Source: Elusimicrobiota bacterium (GTDB taxonomy: Bacteria; Elusimicrobiota; Elusimicrobia; UBA1565; UBA9628). From it: 64,000 bases of DNA. Below, in pieces: positions 1 through 8,170 of this stretch. Positions within the stretch are counted from its first letter, which is position 1. Each line of letters begins with the position of its first letter. The notes below the pieces were generated by a model. That model was not told the DNA's origin. It ran no database searches and saw only the letters and a program-made list of their open reading frames with translations. The DNA lies in contig JACRDQ010000030.1 in the NCBI GenBank assembly GCA_016218545.1, positions 256,172-320,171 on the forward strand, read 5' to 3'. The translations under genes and the position numbers were made by a program.

Positions 1-380
1 GCCCCACCACGCTCCCGTGGGGCCTGAGCATGGGCGGACACCCCCTCTGCACCACGCCCCATGAGCTCTGGGGCGTCCCCCTGCATCCAGCACAGCTCTA
101 CGAGGCCCTGGGCAACGCCGCCATCGCCCTGGTGCTCGTCAAAGCGGTCCTGCCGCGGGTCCGTTCCGGCCCCGGCCCGGGCCGCTGGCCCGCCGGCTCG
201 GCCTTCCTCGCCTACCTCGCCGCGTATTCTTGCCTGAGGTTCGGCGTCGAGGCCTTCAGGGGGGATGACCGCGGCATGTCGTGGGGCTTGTCCGTGGCGC
301 AGTGGACCGCAGGGGCCTGCTTGATCGCGGCCGTCGCGGCCGGAGCTCTGCTCCGGAGGAACACGGGAGGGAGAGCATGA
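1..380 (+). CDS. lgt: Prolipoprotein diacylglyceryl transferase, C-terminal fragment (5' end lies upstream of the window)
   Basis: Reading frame is open to position 1. Hydrophobic C-terminal segments and the HPAQLYEALGN motif are typical of Lgt. Stop TGA 378-380 overlaps the next start (ATGA). Confidence 0.7.
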   Translation, partial: PTTLPWGLSMGGHPLCTTPHELWGVPLHPAQLYEALGNAAIALVLVKAVLPRVRSGPGPGRWPAGSAFLAYLAAYSCLRFGVEAFRGDDRGMSWGLSVAQWTAGACLIAAVAAGALLRRNTGGRA

Positions 381-1321
381 TCGGCATCGGCAAAGGCAGG
401 CCTCGCAAGCTCGTGTGTCCTGAATCGCTCGAAGGGGTGAGGCTGGACGAATTCCTGGCCAAGGAGCTGGGCGTGAGCCGCTCCCTGGCCAAGCGCCTCG
501 TGGAGGAGGGCCTCGCGACCGTGGACGGCGGCGTCCGGGCGGCCGACCTGCGCCTGCGGCCGGGCCAGGCCGTGGTCCTGTCCGCCAGGCCCGAGCCTCC
601 GCCCGCCTTCGGCCTGGAGGGGCGCGTGCTCCACGAGGACCGCGAGCTCCTCGTCTTGGACAAGCCCGCAGGCCTGCTCATGCATCCGCTGGGCACCACG
701 TGGCTCACCGATCCCATGGCGGCCCGCTGGGAGCCGGACCAGAACCTGGCAGGGCTCCTGCAGGTCCTGCGTCCCGGCATCGTGAAGGCCCGAGTCCCGC
801 GCTGCGGCATCGTCCATCGTCTCGACCGGCAGACCAGCGGCGTCCTGCTCGTGGCCAAGACGCCCGCCGCGTACGAACGTCTGACCGGGGCCTTCAAGGA
901 CCGGCAGATCTCCAAGGTCTACCGGGCCATCGTTCTGGGCGTTCCCACGGACCGGTCGACCTCGGTGGACGCGCCCGTGGGCCGCCCTCCTGGCAGGAGG
1001 ATGGTCAGGGTGACGCCTCTGGGCAAGACCTCCGTGACGCGCGTCCGGGTGGTGTCCTCCTGCGCGTCCGCGGCCCTCATCGAGGCCCGGCCCTTGACCG
1101 GAAGGACGCACCAGATCAGGGCCCACCTGACGCACCTCGGCCATCCCGTGCTCGGCGACCCCGAGGCCCAGTTCCCGGCCGGCTTTCCGAAGCCTCCGCG
1201 CCTGATGCTGCACGCCTGGCGCGTGGAGCTGGTCCATCCCTCCACCGGCCGCAAGGCGGCTTACGAGGCGCCGGTGCCCGCTGACTTCACCTCGTTCTGG
1301 GCGCGCCTGCGGAAGGGATAG
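377..1321 (+). CDS. rluD: RluA-family rRNA pseudouridine synthase (RluD-like)
   Basis: S4-like N-terminus (LDEFLAKELGVSRSLAKRLVEEG), catalytic-Asp motif HRLDRQTSGVLLVAKT and C-terminal GRTHQIRAH. I placed the start at ATG 377 (MIGIGKG), not at the in-frame upstream extension of track ORF 281..1321. Confidence 0.85.
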   Translation: MIGIGKGRPRKLVCPESLEGVRLDEFLAKELGVSRSLAKRLVEEGLATVDGGVRAADLRLRPGQAVVLSARPEPPPAFGLEGRVLHEDRELLVLDKPAGLLMHPLGTTWLTDPMAARWEPDQNLAGLLQVLRPGIVKARVPRCGIVHRLDRQTSGVLLVAKTPAAYERLTGAFKDRQISKVYRAIVLGVPTDRSTSVDAPVGRPPGRRMVRVTPLGKTSVTRVRVVSSCASAALIEARPLTGRTHQIRAHLTHLGHPVLGDPEAQFPAGFPKPPRLMLHAWRVELVHPSTGRKAAYEAPVPADFTSFWARLRKG

Positions 1322-2768
1322 CGAAGACCGAGGCGCCTTCCGCGTCGTCGCGGAAGACCGGGGCTCCCAGGCTGGACTCAGCCCAGGCCCCGATGAGGGC
1401 TCCCATGTCCCTTGCCCCGGCCGGCACGAAGCCTCCGGGCAGGAAGGAGTGCTCCACGTGGATATGGGTGACTCCAGCCTGGCGCGAGGTCTCGACCCAT
1501 TCCCGCGGTCCGGAAGAGCCGAGCGGCGGGGGGAGGCACTGTCGTCCGGTCAGGAGCATCACCGTGTTGAACTTGAGGCTTTCGACGACCGCGTCCGGAG
1601 GGCTGTTGAGGCGGACCCACTCCATGGTCCGGGCCTGATAGGAGGCCGGCCTGGTCAGGGACGCTGACACCAGCCTTGCGTCCTGCCGGAGCGCGGCCAG
1701 GGCCAGGAGTGCCAGCGCGGCCCGGCCCAACCAGGCCTGTGCCGGCCGGTCCGAGGGGGAGAGGGACCCGATCGCGGAGGCCGCGAAGAGCCAGACCAAG
1801 GGCGCGAGGGGGATGACGTAGCGGGAGTCCTCGGGGCTCCAGGTCAAGTGCAGGACCAGGACCAGGACGGTGTAGGCGGCCATGGCGAAGACCAGGGGCG
1901 TCTCCTCCCTGGAGCTCGTCATGAGGCGCCCTGCGCCCCACGCAGCGCAGCTCGCCAGGGCCAGACCCGCGGCCAAGACCAGCCAGCCCGGAGCCTGGGC
2001 GCCGGCCAGCCCGTCTCCGAAGAAGGAGGCGATGACGGCCAGGGCGTGGCTTCCCTGCGCCCCGGGTTCGCCGAGCAGGGCGACTTGGCTGCGCCAGTTC
2101 ACGGCGTATCCGGTCGAGACCCCGGCCGCGAGCTTGTTGCGCAGGAGCCAGAGGCCAAGGGGCGCCAGGCTCGAGAGGAGGAACGCGCCCTGGCGCCTGC
2201 GGCCGGGAGTGGCGAGGGCTCCTGCGGCCAGGGCCAGGCACAGGAGGCCGCCGTGCGGACGGATGAGACCCGCCCAAGCAGCCGCGGCCCACGCGCAGCC
2301 GGTCAGGGCCCAGGAGCCGGACCGGGTCCCCAGGTCCAGGGCCATGAGCGTCAAGGCCAGGTAGGGGATGTCCGGGAGCACGAGCCCGGAGTGGCGCACG
2401 AAGACGGGAGAGAGCGCGGTCAGGCCGGCCGCTGCCAGGGGCCACGGGGCCGGCAGGAGCCTCCAGCCCAGCCGCCAGGTGAAGAAGACGGCCAGGACCA
2501 TGGCGGCCAGCGGCACGCCGCGCAGGAGGCCCCACCGCGGCTCCGCCAGCCAGACCGGGCCCAGGAGCAGCGCCGCGTAGCCTGGCAGCGGGTCGCTGAC
2601 GGGCACGCCCTGGGCGTCGGGAAGGGCGAAGCCTCCGTGCCGCAGGGAGCGGGCGAGCAGGACCTGGACCGAGTCGTCCTCGATGAGCCCCACGGGGTTG
2701 CCTTTCGAGGCCGCGAGATGAAGGCAGAGCAGCGCGGCTGCGGCCGGCAGGATGAGGCGCGTTCTCAC
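1287..2768 (-). CDS. Polytopic membrane protein, putative GT-C-fold glycosyltransferase (ArnT/PMT-like); tandem paralog of 2765..4393
   Basis: Many hydrophobic segments. The N-terminal loop GLIEDDSVQVLLARSLRHGGFALPD...DPLPGYAALLL is collinear with GAFNDDAFFILLSKSLRTGAFALAD...DPLPGFAALLL of the upstream gene, and there is a soluble C-terminal tail. Start placed at GTG 2768 (GTGA overlap with the upstream stop); ATG 2798 is the alternative. Confidence 0.55.
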   Translation of the reverse strand: MRTRLILPAAAALLCLHLAASKGNPVGLIEDDSVQVLLARSLRHGGFALPDAQGVPVSDPLPGYAALLLGPVWLAEPRWGLLRGVPLAAMVLAVFFTWRLGWRLLPAPWPLAAAGLTALSPVFVRHSGLVLPDIPYLALTLMALDLGTRSGSWALTGCAWAAAAWAGLIRPHGGLLCLALAAGALATPGRRRQGAFLLSSLAPLGLWLLRNKLAAGVSTGYAVNWRSQVALLGEPGAQGSHALAVIASFFGDGLAGAQAPGWLVLAAGLALASCAAWGAGRLMTSSREETPLVFAMAAYTVLVLVLHLTWSPEDSRYVIPLAPLVWLFAASAIGSLSPSDRPAQAWLGRAALALLALAALRQDARLVSASLTRPASYQARTMEWVRLNSPPDAVVESLKFNTVMLLTGRQCLPPPLGSSGPREWVETSRQAGVTHIHVEHSFLPGGFVPAGARDMGALIGAWAESSLGAPVFRDDAEGASVFAIPSAGAPRTR

Positions 2769-4393
2769 GGCCCGGGCTCCTCTGCGGAAAGCGCGCACGC
2801 CAGGCTCGGCTCGAGCTCGAGCGCGGCCTTGAGCCTGCGGCGGAGGATCTTGGACGACGCGCCTGAGGCGGGGTCGCGGGCATGGAGGCAGGCCGTGTAG
2901 GCCTCGAAGTAGCGGCCGGGAGCCGGGTGGTGGATGCGGAACACGGCCGTGCCTTCCCTCGGGTTCGCATAGAGCTCGGAGGCATAGGGCGTCTGGCGAG
3001 CCCAGGACTCCAGGGTGGGGAGCTTGAGGTACGGCAGTGAAGGGTAGGCGAACTCTCCGGACAGAAGGCCCCTGGAGACATGCAGGTGGGTGACCCCGCG
3101 CGCCAGGGCGGAGGCGAGCCAGGCGTGCCGGTCGTAGACGGTCAAACCCGGCGGGACCGTGCGCCGTCCCGTGAAGAGCTCCACGGTGTGGAAGGCCAGG
3201 CTCTCCACGCGCGCTTCAGCCGGGAGGTTCTCGGCCAGCCAGGCCATGGTCTCCGGCTCGAAGGCCGGCCGCGGGCCCAGCCCCCTAGCCGCAAAGCCCA
3301 GGTCATGGCGCAGGAGGGCTGCGGAGAAGGCCAGCAGCAGGAGGCCGGCGGCCAGGGGTCTGCGCTCCAGCCAGATCCTCAGTGAGGCCATGATGAGGAT
3401 GACGACGAACGGGAGCAGGGCGATGAGATACCTGGCCTCCTTCAGGGGCCAGGTGGAGTGCATGGCGAGCACGAAGATGACGTAGGTCGCCATGGCCGCG
3501 GCCGGGACGCCTTCGCTGCCCCGCGCCAGGCGCACCGAGCCGTGAGCGACGAGGGCCAGGCATCCCAGCCCGGCCGCGGCGCTCAGGGCCTCCGGGCCCG
3601 TGACCCCGGCCAGGCCCTGGCCGAAGAGCGCGCCCAGGAGCCCAAGGACATGTCCGGCCTGCTGGAGCGGGTCGGCGAACAGGAAGGACTGGGACTTCCA
3701 GTTCGCGACGAAGCCGGTGACCGTGTCTCCTGCGAGGAGGTTGCGGAGCATCCAGCCCGCCAGGGGGAGGAAGGCTCCGGCCAGGAAGGCAAGTCCGCGG
3801 CCCCACCCCAGCCTCAGCCACACGGCCATGCCCAGGCTCAGGCCGAGGATGCTGCCCTGGGGCCTGGTCAGGCACCCTAGAGCGGCGGCCAAGGACAGGG
3901 CCGGCAGGGCCCAAGCAGGACTTCCGGGAGCCAGGGCCGCGGCTCCGAGGAAGAGGGCCAGGGACAGGGCGAGATAGGGGATGTCCGCGATCACGAGCCC
4001 GTCGAGGCCCACCAGCACGGGGTTGAGGGCCACGACTAGGGCCGCGGCCAGGGCCCAGCCCGGGGAGAGGAAGCGCAAGGCCAGGCGCCAGGTCAGCCAG
4101 ACCGAGAGCAGGGCGAAGGCGACGATCATGGGCTGGAGCAGGTGCCAGCGAGGCTCGACCAGCCAGGACGGGATGAGGAGCAGGGCCGCAAACCCCGGCA
4201 GGGGATCGGTCACGGCGGCGCCGTCCGCCAAGGCGAAGGCGCCGGTCCTCAGGGACTTGGAGAGGAGGATGAAGAAGGCGTCGTCGTTGAACGCTCCCAC
4301 GGCGAAGCGCCGGGCCGCGAGCAGGTGGAGGCCTGCCAGGGCCAGGCAGGCAGGCGCCAAGAGCCATGCCATGGGGAACGCTCGTCTCTTCAT
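2765..4393 (-). CDS. Polytopic membrane protein, putative GT-C-fold glycosyltransferase (ArnT/PMT-like)
   Basis: 542-aa ORF with high GC3, many TM segments and a DD-containing first loop. Its soluble C-terminal domain (ETMAWLAENLPAEARVESLAFHTVELFTGRR...) is paralogous to the one in 1287..2768. Confidence 0.55.
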   Translation of the reverse strand: MKRRAFPMAWLLAPACLALAGLHLLAARRFAVGAFNDDAFFILLSKSLRTGAFALADGAAVTDPLPGFAALLLIPSWLVEPRWHLLQPMIVAFALLSVWLTWRLALRFLSPGWALAAALVVALNPVLVGLDGLVIADIPYLALSLALFLGAAALAPGSPAWALPALSLAAALGCLTRPQGSILGLSLGMAVWLRLGWGRGLAFLAGAFLPLAGWMLRNLLAGDTVTGFVANWKSQSFLFADPLQQAGHVLGLLGALFGQGLAGVTGPEALSAAAGLGCLALVAHGSVRLARGSEGVPAAAMATYVIFVLAMHSTWPLKEARYLIALLPFVVILIMASLRIWLERRPLAAGLLLLAFSAALLRHDLGFAARGLGPRPAFEPETMAWLAENLPAEARVESLAFHTVELFTGRRTVPPGLTVYDRHAWLASALARGVTHLHVSRGLLSGEFAYPSLPYLKLPTLESWARQTPYASELYANPREGTAVFRIHHPAPGRYFEAYTACLHARDPASGASSKILRRRLKAALELEPSLACALSAEEPGP

Positions 4394-4446
4394 AGGGCGC
4401 CGGTGAAGGGGCCTGGAACGGGTGCATTATATTAATTAGGCCGTGG

Positions 4447-4452
4447 TATAAT
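4447..4452 (+). promoter_or_regulatory. Candidate -10 box (TATAAT) 6 nt upstream of ATG 4459; implies a leaderless transcript
   Basis: Perfect TATAAT sits in the only AT-rich patch of the 4394-4458 intergenic region. No Shine-Dalgarno sequence lies between it and the start codon. Confidence 0.4.
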
Positions 4453-4458
4453 GCCTTC

Positions 4459-5097
4459 ATGATGAAGATGAGGGGTCCTCTCAAGCCGGTCTTCCTGGCC
4501 GCCGTGCTGGGTATGTGCGGCGCTTCCGCTCAGGCGGAGTCCCAGCGACGCTTCGTGAGCGGGCAGATATGGAAGAACGGCTCCCACTCCTTTTCCATCA
4601 ACGAGTACTCCCTGGGCATCAGCCTCTGGGTCAATGCCTCGGGCTCGAACCTCTATTTCAGCGGCAGGCCCTTCTCCGGTTCGGTGTGGGGCTCCGGGAC
4701 GTACATGACCATCAGCGGCTCCGGCGTCCAGGCGACCGTCAGCAAGTGGGGGAGCAACTATTCCGTCAGGGGCACGTTCCACCCGGCGGCCGGCGGGCAG
4801 GCGGTGCGCGTGGACTTCACCATGCACGCTCTGGGCCGGGAGGACGACCCGGTGCGTCCTCCCTCCTACAGCGTCTACGACGGCGCCTCGGGTGCGAACC
4901 TCAACCTCAACCCCTCGGGCGCAGACGGCTACAGCATCTCAGGCTGGGTGGATACGGAGAAGTTCGGGGCCCACGGCACCTCCCTGGTCGCGCTGGTGGC
5001 CAGCGCCAGCCTCGAGGCCAGGCCCGAGCCCAAGGCCGCGCAAGAGCCGGCGAAGCTGCCCGGGGCCAGGCTGGCCCCCCTGCCTTCTCCTCTCTAG
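4459..5097 (+). CDS. Secreted hypothetical protein (Gly/Ser-rich, probable beta-rich fold)
   Basis: N-terminal signal peptide (MMKMRGPLKPVFLAAVLGMCGASAQA). High GC3. I recognised no family motif. Confidence 0.6.
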   Translation: MMKMRGPLKPVFLAAVLGMCGASAQAESQRRFVSGQIWKNGSHSFSINEYSLGISLWVNASGSNLYFSGRPFSGSVWGSGTYMTISGSGVQATVSKWGSNYSVRGTFHPAAGGQAVRVDFTMHALGREDDPVRPPSYSVYDGASGANLNLNPSGADGYSISGWVDTEKFGAHGTSLVALVASASLEARPEPKAAQEPAKLPGARLAPLPSPL

Positions 5098-5157
5098 CTC
5101 CCCTTCGCCAGCGGGATCCTGACGCCCTGCCCCGCGCTCCCGGGTCCCGCGGCCGGA

Positions 5158-6405
5158 TCAGGCGCCATAGCGGCCGACGAGCTCCTCTTTCGTCTTGCCC
5201 AGGATCCCGTGCTTCCTGCCGACCTTGACGAAGGCCTCCAGCGCGCGGTCGAGGTGGCTCGTCTCGTGGCCGGCCGAGATCTGCGTGCGGATGCGGGCCG
5301 TGCCCGGCGGCACCACGGGGTAGAAGAACCCCACGGCGTAGACGCCCTCGTCGAAGAGGTCCCGGGAGAAGTCCTGGGAGAGCTTGGCGTTGAAGAGCAT
5401 GACCGGCACGATGGGGGTGTCGCCCTCCTTGAGGATGAACCCGGCCTCGGCGAGGCCCTTGCGCCAGTAGGCGGCGTTCCTCTCGAGCTTGTCGCGCCGC
5501 TCCGTGCTCTGGGTCAGCATGTCCAGGACCCGCAGGACCCCGGCGACGACGACCGGCGCGATGGTGTTGGAGAAGAGGTAGGGCCGCGCGCGCTGGCGGC
5601 ACATCTCCACGAGCTCCCGGCGGCCGGAGACGCAGCCGCCCGAGGCGCCGCCCAGGGCCTTGCCGAAGGTCGTGGTGATGAGGTCGACCTTGCCCCGGAC
5701 CCCGTACTTCTCCGGCGTGCCCCGGCCGGTCCTGCCGATGAACCCGGTCGCGTGGGAGTCGTCTACGAAGAGCAGCGCCCCATGAGCCTCGCAGAGGCGC
5801 TCCAGCTCGTCGAGCGGCGCGCAGTCGCCGTCCATGGAGAAGACGCCGTCCGTGATGACGACCTTGAGCCTCCTGCCCGCGTGCTTCTCGAGCAGGGAGG
5901 CCAGGTGCGCCATGTCGCAGTGCTGGTAGATGTCGCGCTGGGCCTTGCAGAGCCGGACGCCGTCGATGATGGAGGCGTGGACGAGCCGGTCCGAGATCAT
6001 GACGTCGCGCTCGCCGAGGACGGCCTCGAAGACGCCGGCGTTGGCGTCCATGCAGGAGGGGAAGAGGATGGTGTCCTCGGTGCCCAGGAACTCGGTCATG
6101 CGGGCCTCGAGCTCCTTGTGGATGTCCTGCGTGCCGCAGATGAAGCGCACGGAGGACATGCCGTAGCCGCGGGCGTCCAGGCCCGCGTGCGCCGCCTTGA
6201 CGACCTCGGGGTGGCTGGAGAACCCGAGGTAGTTGTTGGCGCACATGTTGATGACCTTCCTGGGAGAGGCGCCCGCCGGGAACTCCACTTCGATGTCCGC
6301 GGCCTGGGGGGAGCGGATGAAGCGCTCGGCCTTGAAGAGCCCGGAAGCCCTGATGCCCTCGAGCTCCTTCTGGAATCCCTGACGAACCGTCTCGGTGAAA
6401 GCCAT
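5158..6405 (-). CDS. kbl: 2-amino-3-ketobutyrate CoA ligase (glycine C-acetyltransferase)
   Basis: Collinear with Kbl along its full length: VINMCANNYLG, SVRFICGTQDIHKELE, ASIIDGVRLCKA, DGVFSMDGD, VDDSHATGF, TFGKALGGASGG (PLP lysine), RPYLFSN, FFYPVVPPGTARIRTQ. Start at ATG 6405 (MAFTETV), preceded by a GGAGG-type SD. Confidence 0.9.
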   Translation of the reverse strand: MAFTETVRQGFQKELEGIRASGLFKAERFIRSPQAADIEVEFPAGASPRKVINMCANNYLGFSSHPEVVKAAHAGLDARGYGMSSVRFICGTQDIHKELEARMTEFLGTEDTILFPSCMDANAGVFEAVLGERDVMISDRLVHASIIDGVRLCKAQRDIYQHCDMAHLASLLEKHAGRRLKVVITDGVFSMDGDCAPLDELERLCEAHGALLFVDDSHATGFIGRTGRGTPEKYGVRGKVDLITTTFGKALGGASGGCVSGRRELVEMCRQRARPYLFSNTIAPVVVAGVLRVLDMLTQSTERRDKLERNAAYWRKGLAEAGFILKEGDTPIVPVMLFNAKLSQDFSRDLFDEGVYAVGFFYPVVPPGTARIRTQISAGHETSHLDRALEAFVKVGRKHGILGKTKEELVGRYGA

Positions 6406-6602
6406 GGTCCCTCCCGGTCCTCCGCGCCCCAAGACTACCATGATTGGCCGACGGAATCAACCTCGCGCGGGGCCCTGCCCGGGGCGGTTAGGTAGAACTA
6501 CGGAGTGCCCCTTGGGGCTGCCACGGATTGTGTCCCGGCCGGGGGTTGGGGTACCATGAAGTACCGCCCGGCTCCTCGACACGGCCGGGCAGGAGGACCT
6601 CG

Positions 6603-7295
6603 ATGGACTTCTCAAAGCCGCTCTCCATGACCCCTGAAGGACTCGGTCCGCACGCGCACGCCGCCCTCATCCACCTCTCCCGCCAGGAACAGCTCTCCTT
6701 CGTCGTGCCCTATCACCGCTCAGGGCTCGAGCGCGGGGAGAAGTGCGTCTGTGTGGCCGACGCCGACGGCGTCGAGGCCCTGTGGGCCGCCTTGAGGGCC
6801 GCCGGGGTCGACGCGGCCGGGGCCCTGGCCAAGGGGCAGCTCGCGAGCCTCTCCCCCGAGGAGGTCTACCTGAAGGACGGCCGCTTCGACCCTGCCCCGA
6901 CCTTGGCCGTGTTTCGGGGAGCCATCGAGGAGGCTCGCCGGCAGGGGTTCTCCGGGCTGCGGGTTTCCGCGGACATGACCTGGTCCTGCGGCGGGGCCGC
7001 GGCCATGCCGCTCCTGGCGGACTACGAGGCCGAGGTCAACCGCCTCTTCGAGGACCACCCCTTCGGCGCGGTCTGCCAATACGAATACGGCCGCTTCTCC
7101 GCGGACGCCCTGACCAGGGTCGTCTATACCCACCCCTTGGTGATCTTCGGCGGCAGGGTGCACTGGAACCCCTTCTTCATCCCGCCGAACGAGTACCTCA
7201 GGCCGCGGGACCCCGACGCGGAGCTCACGCGCGTGCTGAGCATGCTCTGCCGGGCGTCCTCCATGCGGGAGCGGCCCGTCCCCGTCGTCGTCTGA
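6603..7295 (+). CDS. MEDS-domain protein (putative sensory/regulatory)
   Basis: HAALIHLSRQEQLSFVVPYHRSGLERGEKCVCVAD... and ...GLRVSADMTW...CQY match the MEDS-domain pattern as I know it. AGGAGG lies 7 nt upstream of ATG 6603. Confidence 0.6.
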   Translation: MDFSKPLSMTPEGLGPHAHAALIHLSRQEQLSFVVPYHRSGLERGEKCVCVADADGVEALWAALRAAGVDAAGALAKGQLASLSPEEVYLKDGRFDPAPTLAVFRGAIEEARRQGFSGLRVSADMTWSCGGAAAMPLLADYEAEVNRLFEDHPFGAVCQYEYGRFSADALTRVVYTHPLVIFGGRVHWNPFFIPPNEYLRPRDPDAELTRVLSMLCRASSMRERPVPVVV

Positions 7296-7314
7296 CGGTC
7301 GGGCCCCCCCGCCG

Positions 7315-8064
7315 ATGAGTTATAATGGAAGGGTGACCCCTGGCAAGGCCGACACGAGCGGGCAGGAGGGGATCCGCTATAAGATCCTGACGGTGGATGA
7401 CGACGCCGAGTGCCTCTCCATGCTGCGGGTCTGCCTGAGCCGAGCCGGCCACACGGTGCTGGCCGCGCGCTCCGCCCGCGAAGCCCTGCTGGCCGCTGTG
7501 GACTCCGGTCCGGACCTCGTCATCTCGGACGTCCAGATGGCGGGCGATGACGGCTTCGAGCTCTCGCGCCGCCTCAAGGCCGGCCCCGCGACCGCGCGCA
7601 TCCCCATCATCCTCCTGTCCGGCGCCAGCAAGGATGTCCGGGACCAGCTCGAGGGCTTCGGCCTCGGGGTCGACGACTATCTGATCAAGCCTTTCGAGCC
7701 GGCCCTCCTCCTGGCCAAGGTCCACGCGGTCCTGCGGCGCTACGCCGTCGCCGAGGAGCTGCGGGACGTGGTGAAGTCCAGGGGCGTGGAGCTCGACGTG
7801 CAGGCGCGCACCGTGTCCTGCTCGGGGTCCCCGGTCGCGCTCAGCCGCAAGGAGTTCGACCTGCTCATCACCCTCATCCGCAAGCGGGGCCATGTCTTGA
7901 GCCCGTCGTTCCTCCTGGAATCGGTCTGGAGCCAGGACCTCGCGGAATACAACGATCCGCGCACGGTGAAGGTCCACATCTCGTCCCTGCGAAAGAAGCT
8001 GCCGCCCGCCGTGGCGCGGCGCATCATGACCGTGCCCGGCTCCGGCTACCGCTTCGACGCCTAG
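7315..8064 (+). CDS. OmpR/PhoB-family response regulator (REC + winged-helix)
   Basis: REC domain: ILTVDDDAE...DLVISDVQMAGDDGFEL...PIILLSG...DDYLIKPF. Winged helix: LSRKEFDLLITLIRKRGHVLS...RTVKVHISSLRKKL...GYRF. The true start may be GTG 7333. Confidence 0.9.
   Translation: MSYNGRVTPGKADTSGQEGIRYKILTVDDDAECLSMLRVCLSRAGHTVLAARSAREALLAAVDSGPDLVISDVQMAGDDGFELSRRLKAGPATARIPIILLSGASKDVRDQLEGFGLGVDDYLIKPFEPALLLAKVHAVLRRYAVAEELRDVVKSRGVELDVQARTVSCSGSPVALSRKEFDLLITLIRKRGHVLSPSFLLESVWSQDLAEYNDPRTVKVHISSLRKKLPPAVARRIMTVPGSGYRFDA
7321..7326 (+). promoter_or_regulatory. Candidate -10 box (TATAAT) 6 nt upstream of in-frame GTG 7333
   Basis: A perfect TATAAT lies inside the first codons of track ORF 7315..8064. 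If it is functional, the regulator starts leaderless at GTG 7333. Confidence 0.3.
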
Positions 8065-8170
8065 GCGCCGGCGGGCTTCTGCCGTCGACCGCGTCCCTGG
8101 CTTGACCTTTTTTTTACCGCCATCCGGCACACTATGATTGGGGACGGCGGACGTCGCGCCGTACGATGCC

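Noticed and set aside
212-3081. Minus-strand ORFs 212..1237, 256..915 and 1378..3081, and plus-strand ORF 1848..2900
   Set aside because: They overlap rluD or the GT-C paralog in other frames or on the other strand. Their low-complexity Arg/Pro/Gly translations contrast with the clear HRLDRQTSG motif and TM-rich frames that were retained.
5158-6405. kbl standing alone without an adjacent tdh (threonine dehydrogenase) as an anomaly
   Set aside because: Unlinked kbl and tdh occur in many genomes, and tdh may be elsewhere. This is not informative without the whole genome.
8102-8138. TTGACC ... T8 run ... TATGAT as a canonical sigma-70 promoter or terminator upstream of the REC-GspE gene
   Set aside because: The spacing between TTGACC (8102-8107) and TATGAT (8133-8138) is 25 nt, too long for a -35/-10 pair. 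The T8 run is not preceded by a convincing GC hairpin, so it is not a clean intrinsic terminator. The TATGAT alone may still be a -10.
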